64,000 bases of DNA from Candidatus Dojkabacteria bacterium HGW-Dojkabacteria-1 (lineage in GTDB: Bacteria; Patescibacteriota; Dojkabacteria; SC72), in assembly GCA_002840365.1 (NCBI GenBank), contig PHAO01000001.1, positions 588,360 to 652,359 on the forward strand, in the 5' to 3' direction. This document shows positions 36,672 to 45,465 of this stretch, one piece after another. The position numbers and the translations under genes were made by a program. How positions within the stretch are numbered: position 1 is the stretch's first letter; each line of letters begins with the position of its first letter. The notes under the pieces are model-generated. The model was not told the origin of the DNA. It made no database searches and saw only the letters and a program-made list of their open reading frames with translations.

Positions 36672-37637
36672 CTATATTCTAAAAGTTAATCTTTCACCAT
36701 TAATATTAACAAAACTAAGTAGCACAGCTTCCAACATTATGCTCTCACTATTTAACATAGATCTGTTTGATCCATATAATTCATCCCCTACTATTCGAAG
36801 TCCAAGATACTCAAGCGATGCCCTTATTTGGTGCATTCTTCCTGTCTCAATTTTAACAAGCACTTCATCACCTGACATTAATAAATAGCTCTCTGCAAAT
36901 TTTGAGCCACCAAATTCATGTAATCTAAACTCCATCTTATACCTATTTTTACTTGACCTCCCTATATATCCTCTCATGTTAAACCACTCTTTCCAAGGTT
37001 CAAAAGAGATGTCCATTTCTGAAAGATATTTTTTTAATTCTAATTCTTGTTCACTTTCTTTAAACATATTAAGCTTCGATTCACCTACTCTCTCTACTTG
37101 TGCATGGTAAATTTTGATTACATTTCTACTTTGAAATTCCTTTTTCAAATACTCTTGTGTTTTTTTGTTTTTTGCAATAACTAGAAAACCACTTACTCCT
37201 TTATCAAGCCTATGCACTATACCTCCTCTATCTACCAAAGAATCATACTCTCCTTTCTTCTCAAGATATTCTCTTACAAAATTTGCGAGTGTACCCTCTC
37301 TATGTCCAACTCCTGGATGAACAGAAATACCTTTTGGTTTAAAAAGAACAAGAATATTTTCATCTTCATATCTAACATCAAGGTCACCACTTTGGGATAT
37401 CACATCTTCACTTAAATCAATTTTGATGTTTTCCCAATACTTCATATCAAGAAATATTTCATCACCCTCTCTCAATCTATATGATTTCTTACATATGGAG
37501 TTATTTACTTTACAACCATTATGTAAATTATTTTGAACAATATTCCTTGTTAATGGAAGAGAAAGCTTTTTGATATGCTCCATTACAAACATGTCAATCC
37601 TTTTTCCTACATTCTCCCCCTCTACTTGTACTCTCAT
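36672..37637 (-). CDS. rluD: RluA-family 23S rRNA pseudouridine synthase (RluD-like) with S4 domain
   Basis: Catalytic motif HRLDKGVSGFLVIAKN and a C-terminal pseudouridine-synthase fold. Overlaps the lspA stop. Confidence 0.75.
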   Translation of the reverse strand: MRVQVEGENVGKRIDMFVMEHIKKLSLPLTRNIVQNNLHNGCKVNNSICKKSYRLREGDEIFLDMKYWENIKIDLSEDVISQSGDLDVRYEDENILVLFKPKGISVHPGVGHREGTLANFVREYLEKKGEYDSLVDRGGIVHRLDKGVSGFLVIAKNKKTQEYLKKEFQSRNVIKIYHAQVERVGESKLNMFKESEQELELKKYLSEMDISFEPWKEWFNMRGYIGRSSKNRYKMEFRLHEFGGSKFAESYLLMSGDEVLVKIETGRMHQIRASLEYLGLRIVGDELYGSNRSMLNSESIMLEAVLLSFVNINGERLTFRI

Positions 37638-37996
37638 TCCTTTTTAAATATACAAATTAAAACTCCTATTATTGTTAACACTACTATACCAATATCTAAG
37701 ATGTTTATGGATAGGTGAAGAAAAGGTATATAGTCACATACGTAGCCTCTTAATATCCTTTCAAGGAGATTTCCACTTCCAAGTATTACAATACTAAAAA
37801 GAATATATCTCAAATCTTCTTTTACCCTCAATGCAAGAAATGAAATCCCTATTATCAACACTGTATTTATCAAAGACACATACCCAATCTCAATACCGAA
37901 TGCAACACCTCTATTTTCTATACAACTCTCAACAACAAAGAATGACAAAACAATATTTGCAAGAAGAAGTAAAAAGGAAAGATATATATATTTCAT
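37634..37996 (-). CDS. lspA: Lipoprotein signal peptidase II
   Basis: NRGVAFGI (compare the N-x-G-A-A-F box) and GNLLERILRGYVCDYIPF (GNLxDR box). Four TM helices, 120 aa. Confidence 0.7.
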   Translation of the reverse strand: MKYIYLSFLLLLANIVLSFFVVESCIENRGVAFGIEIGYVSLINTVLIIGISFLALRVKEDLRYILFSIVILGSGNLLERILRGYVCDYIPFLHLSINILDIGIVVLTIIGVLICIFKKE

Positions 37997-38803
37997 CTAA
38001 GTTACTGAAACTGAACGAACTGAAGACCTTGTCTTTATCGTTACATTGGCTTTTCTTAAATCGAGAATGAACACAATACCCATAACAAAGGACCAAAGAA
38101 TGAATATTAATACTCCAATATCTTCCAATATTGTTAATTCATCAAGTAGATAAATATATGAGATATATATTGAAGAAATCCATACGATAGCAAGTCCAAT
38201 ATTTCCAAAGAGATACTTCTCCCTTAGTGGGCTTGAAACAACCGCATAGATGAATTTGTAAATTACAAAAAAGACTCCAATGATACAAAGAAGTATTACT
38301 CCTTTGTAAATCCAATCAGTGAAATTTCCCAATATACCTGTAACTACAAAGGAAGCTCCCAACATCGTTGTAGCAGAGAAGTACACAGGAAAAAACATAT
38401 GTTTCCATCTCCATTTTTTAACAACCAATGCATAGAAAGTCATAAAGATGAGAATTGAAACAAACATACTAAATATTACTAACCCACCATCCCATATACT
38501 GAGAAATCTCCATGGTAGTAATCTAAAAAGATATATCTGATCTCCATATTTTTCGTAAGGTAACCAGTACCAAATGAAAGATATAAAGCTTTCCCACTCC
38601 AAGATTACATATACAACTCTTCCAACTATAGTACTGAGTAACCCAGAAATTAAAAACATATCAAACACAGAAGATCTGTTCTTTCTTGATTCTGCACTTC
38701 CCCTCCAGAATACATACAAACCAAAGATAAAGATTACTGATAAAACTACAAGGGGATTTATACCTGCAAGAATATCTCTTATATTTATTAACCAATCAAA
38801 CAC
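37997..38803 (-). CDS. lgt: Prolipoprotein diacylglyceryl transferase
   Basis: YLFRLLPW...WDGGLVIFS aligns with the Lgt signature (LYLFRVWDGGMSFHGG). GILGNFTDWIYKG aligns with LGNFINGELWG. Immediately upstream of lspA. Confidence 0.65.
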   Translation of the reverse strand: MFDWLINIRDILAGINPLVVLSVIFIFGLYVFWRGSAESRKNRSSVFDMFLISGLLSTIVGRVVYVILEWESFISFIWYWLPYEKYGDQIYLFRLLPWRFLSIWDGGLVIFSMFVSILIFMTFYALVVKKWRWKHMFFPVYFSATTMLGASFVVTGILGNFTDWIYKGVILLCIIGVFFVIYKFIYAVVSSPLREKYLFGNIGLAIVWISSIYISYIYLLDELTILEDIGVLIFILWSFVMGIVFILDLRKANVTIKTRSSVRSVSVT

Positions 38804-38845
38804 ATAAGTATGCCTAACACGTTATTGATATCATTCTACCAGAAA

Positions 38846-39607
38846 TTACTTCTTCTTTCTTTTCTTTTTCTTTTTCTTTTTAGTATTTGATTCAACTACT
38901 TCCTGTTGTTTTTGCTCAACTTTTTCTTCTTGATTTTTTTCTAATTTCTCACTTACTATATCAAAGAGTCTTTTCCAACTTGAGATAATCATTCCACCAA
39001 GTTTTACAACAAATCCCCCACTTTGTTTGTATTTGAGCCTCTTTGATTCTACAGTCTCTGTAGCTTCTTCCCTAGTAGCAAGTATTTGCTGTTCCATTAC
39101 CTCTATTGTGGGATATTCCTCCTGAGTAGACCTTGAGGCTACCTGTGTACCACAATATGCACAGAACTTTGTACTTTTACCAATCATAACTCCACAACTA
39201 GGACATTTCTTCTTAATTTCATTACCGCAATTTGAACAATATACATACCCAGGTAACAACTGGTTACCACATTTTGAGCAATCTCCTAACTCAGAAGTTT
39301 CATATTTTAGATACCTTCTTTCCAAATCAGCCCAATATATCTGCTCTATGGTCTCACTAGGTCTAATTATTAAATATATAATTAACCCTGGTATATTAAG
39401 AAAAACTACTAGTAAAAGATATATTATCCTTATACTAATATTAGAAGTCCTCTCCCCTGAGTCTATCCATACCCATCCTATGAGAACCAACCAAAATACT
39501 ATTAAAAGAACAAAAAGGAGGGTTCCAAAAATATTAAAATCTATTCCACCTACAAAATCAAAAAAACCTAGTACGAAATTCTCAAGATTCATATTTTTAT
39601 TTTTCAA
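38846..39607 (-). CDS. Membrane protein with tandem zinc-ribbon motifs and a poly-lysine C-terminal tail
   Basis: Two TM helices, then CSKCGNQ...CSNCGNE...CPSCGV...CAYCG (four CxxC pairs), then KKKKKKKRKKK. Confidence 0.45.
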   Translation of the reverse strand: MKNKNMNLENFVLGFFDFVGGIDFNIFGTLLFVLLIVFWLVLIGWVWIDSGERTSNISIRIIYLLLVVFLNIPGLIIYLIIRPSETIEQIYWADLERRYLKYETSELGDCSKCGNQLLPGYVYCSNCGNEIKKKCPSCGVMIGKSTKFCAYCGTQVASRSTQEEYPTIEVMEQQILATREEATETVESKRLKYKQSGGFVVKLGGMIISSWKRLFDIVSEKLEKNQEEKVEQKQQEVVESNTKKKKKKKRKKK

Positions 39608-39620
39608 GAATTAAAACAAT

Positions 39621-39704
39621 TGGTCGAGGAGGGAATCGAACCCTCATGCTATTGCTAGCACGGGATTTTGAGTCCCGCGTGTCTGCCAGTTCCACCACTC
39701 GACC
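39621..39704 (-). tRNA. tRNA-Leu (anticodon CAA), class II with long variable arm
   Basis: The reverse complement folds with a 7-bp acceptor stem GGTCGAG/CTCGACC, anticodon stem-loop CGGGA-CTCAAAA-TCCCG, long variable arm GCTAGCAATAGCATG, T-arm GAGGG-TTCGATT-CCCTC and discriminator A. No encoded CCA. Confidence 0.8.
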
Positions 39705-39744
39705 GATTTCGTGTATTATACCCCTAAGGAGTACATTATGTACA

Positions 39745-41061
39745 CTATTTCCCCTCTTTATACAGATTTCTGTAACTTGCAATCTCTTTGACAAATGCCA
39801 ACTCAACCCTACCAGTTGGTCCATTTCTATGCTTTGCGAGGAAAAGATCTGCAGTACCTTTTCTCTCTGTATCTGGATTCCATGTCTCCTCCCTATCAAT
39901 GAAAAGAACTACATCTGCATCTTGCTCTATGGATCCTGATTCTCTTAAATCTGAAAGCTGTGGTCTCCTACCCTGCCTTTGCTCAATAGCACGAGAAAGC
40001 TGAGAGAGAGCAATTACAGGAACATTTAACTCTTTAGCTAAGTTCTTTAGACCTTGTGATACTTCAGATACCTCTAAGGTTCTACTTTCCTTACTACTTC
40101 CATGCATAAGTTGTAGGTAGTCAACAAAGATGATGTCTACACCATGTTCTAAAGCAAGTCTTCGAGCCTTAGTTCTAACCTGATTAATATGTTGACCTGC
40201 CATATCATCAATAAAGATATTTGCATCACCAAGCTCACCCATTGTATTTGCTAGCTTAACAATCTTTTCATCATTTAATTTGTTTGTTCTAATCTCCCAG
40301 AAAGGAATTCCTGATTGCATACCTAAAAGTCTATCCATAATTTGCATATTGGACATTTCTAATGAAAAGAATGCTATATTTTTCTTTTCTATCAATGCAG
40401 CATGCCTCATCATATCAAGTGCAAGAGAAGTTTTACCAACAGATGGTCTTGCAGCAAGAATTATCAAATCTGACTTCTGAAAACCACCAAGTAATATGTC
40501 TAACTCTCTGAAACCAGTAGAAATACCCGCATAGTCATCATCTGATTTTGCATGAGCAGCTCTTTCATACGCATCCTTAAGTAACTCTTTAACATGTACA
40601 AAGTTACTTCTTACTCCTTCTTGAGCAACATTGAAAAGTAAAGTCTCCGATTTATCTACTACCTCTGCAATCTCAATTGTCTCGTCCATAGCCAAAGTAG
40701 TTACTTCAGCAGCCGAGGATATTAAGCCTCTTCTTGTAGCGTTCTCTTTTACAATATTTGCATACTCTTCTGCATGTGCAGATGTTGGTACAAATGATGC
40801 CAACTCTGTTAAATATGCTCTACCACCTACCTTAGAAAGTATCTTTTTCTTTTTTAATTTGTCAGATATAGTTACTAAATCTATTGGGAGACCATGCTCA
40901 AAAAGTTCTAATATATTTTGATATATAAGGGCATGCCTATCATCATAGAAATGACCAGGTTGTAACCAACCAGATACATTAATTAAAGCATCTTTATCTA
41001 AAAGTACTGAACCCAGTACTGATTTCTCGGCCTCTATATTTTGTGGAGGTATTCTCTCCAT
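39745..41061 (-). CDS. dnaB: Replicative DNA helicase DnaB
   Basis: N-terminal DnaB domain. Walker A AARPSVGKTSLAL. RecA-like motifs IFVDYLQLM and QLSR. Confidence 0.9.
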   Translation of the reverse strand: MERIPPQNIEAEKSVLGSVLLDKDALINVSGWLQPGHFYDDRHALIYQNILELFEHGLPIDLVTISDKLKKKKILSKVGGRAYLTELASFVPTSAHAEEYANIVKENATRRGLISSAAEVTTLAMDETIEIAEVVDKSETLLFNVAQEGVRSNFVHVKELLKDAYERAAHAKSDDDYAGISTGFRELDILLGGFQKSDLIILAARPSVGKTSLALDMMRHAALIEKKNIAFFSLEMSNMQIMDRLLGMQSGIPFWEIRTNKLNDEKIVKLANTMGELGDANIFIDDMAGQHINQVRTKARRLALEHGVDIIFVDYLQLMHGSSKESRTLEVSEVSQGLKNLAKELNVPVIALSQLSRAIEQRQGRRPQLSDLRESGSIEQDADVVLFIDREETWNPDTERKGTADLFLAKHRNGPTGRVELAFVKEIASYRNLYKEGK

Positions 41062-41067
41062 ATATTT

Positions 41068-41715
41068 TTAATTAAGAAATATTACTTCCATATTCTTCTG
41101 CTCCTGCTCTGCAGAAGGAGAAACATTTACATATGATTCATCTCTAACATTTGTAAAACCGAAGTATTTGATAAAGTCCTCTCTACCCTTAATATCTTTA
41201 CCTAGCTTTAGGCCCTCTTTTTTGTATGCACATGGAAGAAGAATAGTTGGATCAACATTGTTTAATATTTTTTCTATTTTATCGTAGTCTATAAACAAGG
41301 AGCCATTACCAATTGGAAGTATAAGGACATCTACATCACCCAAATCCTTAGTTAGAGAAATATCAAAATTGTTATCTAGTAATCCCATATATACAACACG
41401 TAGAGTAGTTTCATCTATTATATAAAACGAAGAATCAACATCTCTTCTTACCATTACCCCACCTATTTCAAACTCACCAGGAGATGATATCTCAATTATC
41501 GTATCTCTGTTATCAGGCTCTATTTTCTTAAGTAAATCTGTCTCCTGTAAAATATTTTCCTTACCTACCAAATCCTTGTCTGTAAAAAGGACTACATCTG
41601 ATCTGACTTTACTAAAACTCAGACCACTTTCCTTCAATGCATTTGGATCTGTAAGTAATGTAATATCCCCTACATTCAATTGAAACGTAGACCATCCGAT
41701 ATTTCTAATCTTCAT
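41068..41715 (-). CDS. Hypothetical protein, degenerate MBL-fold-like (lacks HxHxDH)
   Basis: The N-terminus MKIRNIGWSTFQLNVGDITLLTDP resembles UPF0173/MBL hydrolases, but the His motif is replaced (DVVLFTDKD). Confidence 0.3.
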   Translation of the reverse strand: MKIRNIGWSTFQLNVGDITLLTDPNALKESGLSFSKVRSDVVLFTDKDLVGKENILQETDLLKKIEPDNRDTIIEISSPGEFEIGGVMVRRDVDSSFYIIDETTLRVVYMGLLDNNFDISLTKDLGDVDVLILPIGNGSLFIDYDKIEKILNNVDPTILLPCAYKKEGLKLGKDIKGREDFIKYFGFTNVRDESYVNVSPSAEQEQKNMEVIFLN

Positions 41716-41768
41716 ATATACACTAACTCATATTATTTCTGGGGCAGTAAACACTCAAGTATACCAAA

Positions 41769-41993
41769 TTATGAATCTGATAAACCTAGGGATTTTCGAA
41801 CATCTTCAACCAAAGTTTCCTTCATTTGTTTTTTTACCAATTCTAACTTCAAACTCTCAAGAGATGATATAACTGCTTGAAGCTGTATCATCAATTTTTC
41901 TTCCTGTGTATTAGACAGTATCATTTTCTTTATCCCTCCTACTTGTCCTTCTATCCTACTTACCCTGTTTTGTATCTTCTTTGAATATTTCAT
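41769..41993 (-). CDS. CsoR/RcnR/FrmR-family (DUF156) small regulator-like protein lacking the canonical Cys/His metal ligands
   Basis: RVSRIEGQVGGIKKMI...QLQAVISSLESLKLELV matches the family signature R.xRIEGQ.RG. Length 74 aa. Confidence 0.5.
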   Translation of the reverse strand: MKYSKKIQNRVSRIEGQVGGIKKMILSNTQEEKLMIQLQAVISSLESLKLELVKKQMKETLVEDVRKSLGLSDS

Positions 41994-42063
41994 AATTAAA
42001 TCAAGTATATTTTTTTAATCTAAGGAAATCAAGATGAAACTGTATAGAATGTTCTAAGTAGAA

Positions 42064-43362
42064 GTGCTAGTATATTTTCATCCAATATATACCAACATTA
42101 GAATGATAGAAGAGAATATATTACCAAAAAGGACTCTGTACAAAAAAAGATTTTCATCCGTATTTGTGTTTCTTTTACCTCTAGCAATATTTAGACTTTC
42201 AGACTCTATACTTTCATATATATTTCCAATAGTACTGGAGGGGCATGTTAACTCTAACATTGCAATAGGAGTAATAATGGCACTTTCCTCAATTGTTGGA
42301 TTAATTTGCGATTTTGTATTACCACAGATATTTCCAAACAAGTCATGGAAATTTCTCTTAGTTGTAGGAATTCTTACATCCCTACTCTTTCCAGTAGCCA
42401 CAGCATTAGGAGATATTTTTGGATTAATATCAATGTTTGTGATTGCTGTAGTCATATGGGGAATATACTACGAATTCATCCTCTTTACAGAACAAAATTT
42501 TGTTGTGAATGAATTTAAAAAAGAGGAATATTCAAAAACATGGGGAATTCTTGGAATAATGATTGATATCACAGGCCTAATTGCCCCGATTATTGGATCC
42601 TTCCTCTTAATATATGGAGTATTAGCATATTCCTCCACAGCTATCTTAATGAATATCCTAGCATTGTCTTTCGCCATAATATTAATTACCACCAGTGGTC
42701 ATGAAAGCAAGAACAAAAGTAAAGTCAAAGAATATATTTCCTTTATAAAAGGTTTAAGATATTGGGGAACTCTAACTAAAAGAATTGTACCCCTTTTAAT
42801 AATGGCATTTCTTTTGGAATTAGTATCAGCTTCTTTCTGGGTATTTGGAGGACTCTTTGGAAGAGAACTCATTGGTATCCCAGGACTAGACTGGGGAGTA
42901 CTAGTAGTATCAATAATTCCGACCTTAATTGGTTCCATCATTATCTCAAGATTAGGAATAAAGAGAAGAAAGAAGAGACTTTCACAAATAAGTTTGTTAA
43001 TCGGGGGATTAATTTTAGTACCCCTTACAATATTTGAAGGAGAAATCTCCCCTATTCTTCTCATCATATTCTTTGCAAGCTTTATGCTTTCATTTGCATG
43101 GCCATTAAATGACGCAGTATACAGTGACTTACAGAAACGATTAGAAGAAAAAGGTGTACATTTAATGGGTCTTTCCAATGCAGGTTACTCAGCTGCATAT
43201 ATTGTATGCCCAATATTAATGGGACTAATCTCTGATTTTGTTGGCTTCTATAATGCCTTTTCCATACTTGGAGGAATATTAGTAATAAGTGCAATACTAC
43301 TTATTCTCTTTACACCAAGGAAGTTACAAATGCCTCATACACAATTAAATGAGATAAAGTAA
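42064..43362 (+). CDS. Major facilitator superfamily-like transporter (12 TM)
   Basis: 432 aa with ~12 hydrophobic helices in a 6+6 arrangement and a central loop (ISFIKGLRYWG). Start codon ambiguous. Confidence 0.45.
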   Translation: MLVYFHPIYTNIRMIEENILPKRTLYKKRFSSVFVFLLPLAIFRLSDSILSYIFPIVLEGHVNSNIAIGVIMALSSIVGLICDFVLPQIFPNKSWKFLLVVGILTSLLFPVATALGDIFGLISMFVIAVVIWGIYYEFILFTEQNFVVNEFKKEEYSKTWGILGIMIDITGLIAPIIGSFLLIYGVLAYSSTAILMNILALSFAIILITTSGHESKNKSKVKEYISFIKGLRYWGTLTKRIVPLLIMAFLLELVSASFWVFGGLFGRELIGIPGLDWGVLVVSIIPTLIGSIIISRLGIKRRKKRLSQISLLIGGLILVPLTIFEGEISPILLIIFFASFMLSFAWPLNDAVYSDLQKRLEEKGVHLMGLSNAGYSAAYIVCPILMGLISDFVGFYNAFSILGGILVISAILLILFTPRKLQMPHTQLNEIK

Positions 43363-43370
43363 TTACCCCC

Positions 43371-43407
43371 TTGACACAAATTAGCACTCGAGGCTATACT
43401 TTGCTAA
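43371..43407 (+). promoter_or_regulatory. Promoter (-35 TTGACA 43371-43376; -10 TATACT 43395-43400) overlapped by a CIRCE-like inverted repeat TTAGCACTC-N9-CTTTGCTAA (43381-43407)
   Basis: The left arm is identical to the CIRCE consensus TTAGCACTC. The spacer is 9 nt. The right arm keeps TGCTAA but has 3 mismatches versus GAGTGCTAA. It lies upstream of an Hsp20 gene. Confidence 0.5.
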
Positions 43408-43441
43408 TAAGTATCTATTTAAATTTTTAATTTAAATACAT

Positions 43442-43888
43442 ATGAAAATAGTAAAAATAAATCAAAAACCTCAAGAGACATATTACACACCACTACGCTC
43501 CCTTATGGATGAGTTTTTCAATTACTCTCCACTGAGTAGATGGGATGACATGCTCTCTCCATTCGAGTCTCTCTCTGCTGATATATGGGAGGAGGACAAC
43601 AAAATATTTGTAAAAATGGCAATGCCAGGAGTACAGAAAGAGGATATAAAGATAACAGTGACAGGCGATACGATAAGTATTGAAGGATCTTCTAAAGAAA
43701 CAAAGGAAGAAAAAGAAGATAAAAAATACTACCTTAAGAACTTCAGTTCTTACTCCTACTCTCAAAGATTTAACCTCCCCTCACCTATTGATGCAGACAA
43801 AGTTGAGGCAGAGTTTAAAGATGGTGTCCTAACAGTACAACTTCCGAAAGCAAAAGAGTCTCAAAGTAAACAGATTGAAATTAAATAA
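43442..43888 (+). CDS. Hsp20/alpha-crystallin family small heat-shock protein
   Basis: Alpha-crystallin domain IWEEDNKIFVKMAMPGVQKEDIKITV...DKKYYLKNFSSYSYSQRFNLP...DGVLTVQLPK. Confidence 0.85.
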   Translation: MKIVKINQKPQETYYTPLRSLMDEFFNYSPLSRWDDMLSPFESLSADIWEEDNKIFVKMAMPGVQKEDIKITVTGDTISIEGSSKETKEEKEDKKYYLKNFSSYSYSQRFNLPSPIDADKVEAEFKDGVLTVQLPKAKESQSKQIEIK

Positions 43889-43893
43889 GAAGA

Positions 43894-43920
43894 AGGGGGT
43901 AAGAAGCCCCCTTTTTCTTT
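43894..43920 (+). terminator. Rho-independent terminator AGGGGG-TAAGAAG-CCCCCT followed by TTTTTCTTTTT
   Basis: Read directly after the hsp20 stop. Confidence 0.65.
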
Positions 43921-43944
43921 TTAATAATGTAGTATAATTTTCTA

Positions 43945-45069
43945 ATGTCTAAAGAAAATATTTTATTAATAATAAGTGTTTTACTCTCAATAATAATCAT
44001 CTCTTTTTCTGTATATATTGTTCTTACCTTGCAAAGTAAAAAAGCGACTAATACAAATGTAGAACAACAAAATACTGTACAAGAGGAACAAGAAGAGGAA
44101 ATAAAAGAAGAGCAAGAAGAAGATACAGAAGAAGTGGAAGGAATTTCTTTCTCACAATCAGCATGGATACCCTCTTTTGACTTTGAAAATGGTCTAAAAA
44201 GTCTTGAAGCACGTAAAGATATAATTAGAGAAGTAAATCCTGTTCTGTATGGAGTTAACAATGATGGAACATTACTAAACAGAAAACCTACAGAAGAAGC
44301 TCTAAAGAATTTTCTACAATACTGTGAATTAGAGGGCATAAAAGTTCTACCAACAGTAGGATCATATGATTTCAGAATAATGGGAAGCGTAATGCAATCA
44401 GATGTATATATAGATAAGCATGTTCAAGAGATAATAAATGAGATAAATAAATATGGATATGATGGCATAGATATTGACTATGAAAGGATTAGGACCTCGG
44501 AAAGAGACGGATACCTAGCATTCTTAAGAAAACTAAAAACTGAACTAGAAAAGATAAACAAAGAGCTTTCTGTAACTGTGTTTGCAAAAACAAGAGACAA
44601 CACTCAAGATACTCTCTATGCGCAGGATTGGATTGAGATTGGAAAGATCGCAGATAAAGTAAGAATAATGGCATATGATTACACACTGCAAACCTCCACT
44701 ATACCAGGACCAATTGGTCCAATTGATTGGATAGAAGAGGTCTTAGCATATGCAGAGGGAAAGATTCCTAAGGAAAAAACCATTCTAGGAATACACCTTT
44801 ATGCATACCTTTGGAAAGAAGAAAAAGCATCTGCACTCACCTACTCTGCGGTATTAAATATCCTTAAAAATGTAAAGGGTGAACACAATGCAGAGATAGG
44901 AGAAGGATATGCAGAATACAAATGCTCAGATGGTTCTAGGTGTATTCTCTTCTATCAAACCCCTGAGGGTGTAAAAGAAAGAATCAATATTGCTAACAAA
45001 TATAACCTAGCAGGAGTATCATATTGGAGACTCGGAGGAGAAGAAAAGTTACTAGAGCAAAATCTCTAG
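43945..45069 (+). CDS. Glycoside hydrolase family 18 domain protein (membrane-anchored; chitinase/peptidoglycan-hydrolase-like)
   Basis: N-terminal TM. GH18 catalytic motif YGYDGIDIDYE (DxxDxDxE). C-terminal AGVSYWRLGGE. Confidence 0.65.
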   Translation: MSKENILLIISVLLSIIIISFSVYIVLTLQSKKATNTNVEQQNTVQEEQEEEIKEEQEEDTEEVEGISFSQSAWIPSFDFENGLKSLEARKDIIREVNPVLYGVNNDGTLLNRKPTEEALKNFLQYCELEGIKVLPTVGSYDFRIMGSVMQSDVYIDKHVQEIINEINKYGYDGIDIDYERIRTSERDGYLAFLRKLKTELEKINKELSVTVFAKTRDNTQDTLYAQDWIEIGKIADKVRIMAYDYTLQTSTIPGPIGPIDWIEEVLAYAEGKIPKEKTILGIHLYAYLWKEEKASALTYSAVLNILKNVKGEHNAEIGEGYAEYKCSDGSRCILFYQTPEGVKERINIANKYNLAGVSYWRLGGEEKLLEQNL

Positions 45070-45105
45070 ACACACCACTATCCATCTGTTATAATTCTAC
45101 CCGTT

Positions 45106-45441
45106 ATGAAAAGAGATATTCATCCTAAATACAATAAGAGTTTGAAAGTAGTATGTTCATGTGGTAACACATTTGAAACAGGCTCTACACTAGAAACTGA
45201 CACCTTAAATGTAGAACTTTGTTCTAAATGTCATCCTTTCTATACTGGAGAACAAAAGATAGTAGACACAGACAACGTAGTTAAGAAGTTTGAAGAGAGA
45301 GCACAAAAAGCTGCTGCTATGTCTTTCAGAAGTAAGAGAGAAAAGATGGAGGCTAGAAAGAACAAGAAGGATACAACAATCAAGAGCTCCTCTACTCTTA
45401 CACTCAAAGATATGCTTTCCAACGCAAACATCTCTAAGTAA
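45106..45441 (+). CDS. rpmE: 50S ribosomal protein L31 (with C-terminal extension)
   Basis: [28 protein letters not shown]...[10 protein letters not shown] with a CxxC...CxxC zinc ribbon. Confidence 0.85.
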   Translation: MKRDIHPKYNKSLKVVCSCGNTFETGSTLETDTLNVELCSKCHPFYTGEQKIVDTDNVVKKFEERAQKAAAMSFRSKREKMEARKNKKDTTIKSSSTLTLKDMLSNANISK

Positions 45442-45465
45442 CACACTCCCACAATATTCATTTTA

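Noticed and set aside
38849-38900. ttct/ttttc tandem-like repeat
   Set aside because: It is the coding sequence (reverse strand) for the poly-lysine C-terminal tail of the zinc-ribbon protein, not a CRISPR or microsatellite element. No CRISPR-like repeat-spacer array was seen anywhere in the window.
27230-39704. tRNA-Leu as integration (att) site for the 27230-28660 recombinase
   Set aside because: The tRNA is ~11 kb away and the intervening genes are core housekeeping (ruvCAB, yebC, lgt, lspA, rluD). There is no adjacency typical of tRNA-targeting integrases.
39597-39939. ORFs 39597-39899 (-) and 39646-39939 (+) of ~100 aa
   Set aside because: Both overlap the well-folded tRNA-Leu(CAA) gene and the dnaB 3' end. 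They are spurious.
43881-44339. 152-aa minus-strand ORF
   Set aside because: It overlaps the hsp20 terminator and the N-terminus of the GH18 gene, which carries a clear DxxDxDxE motif. It has a Ser/Cys-rich low-complexity translation.
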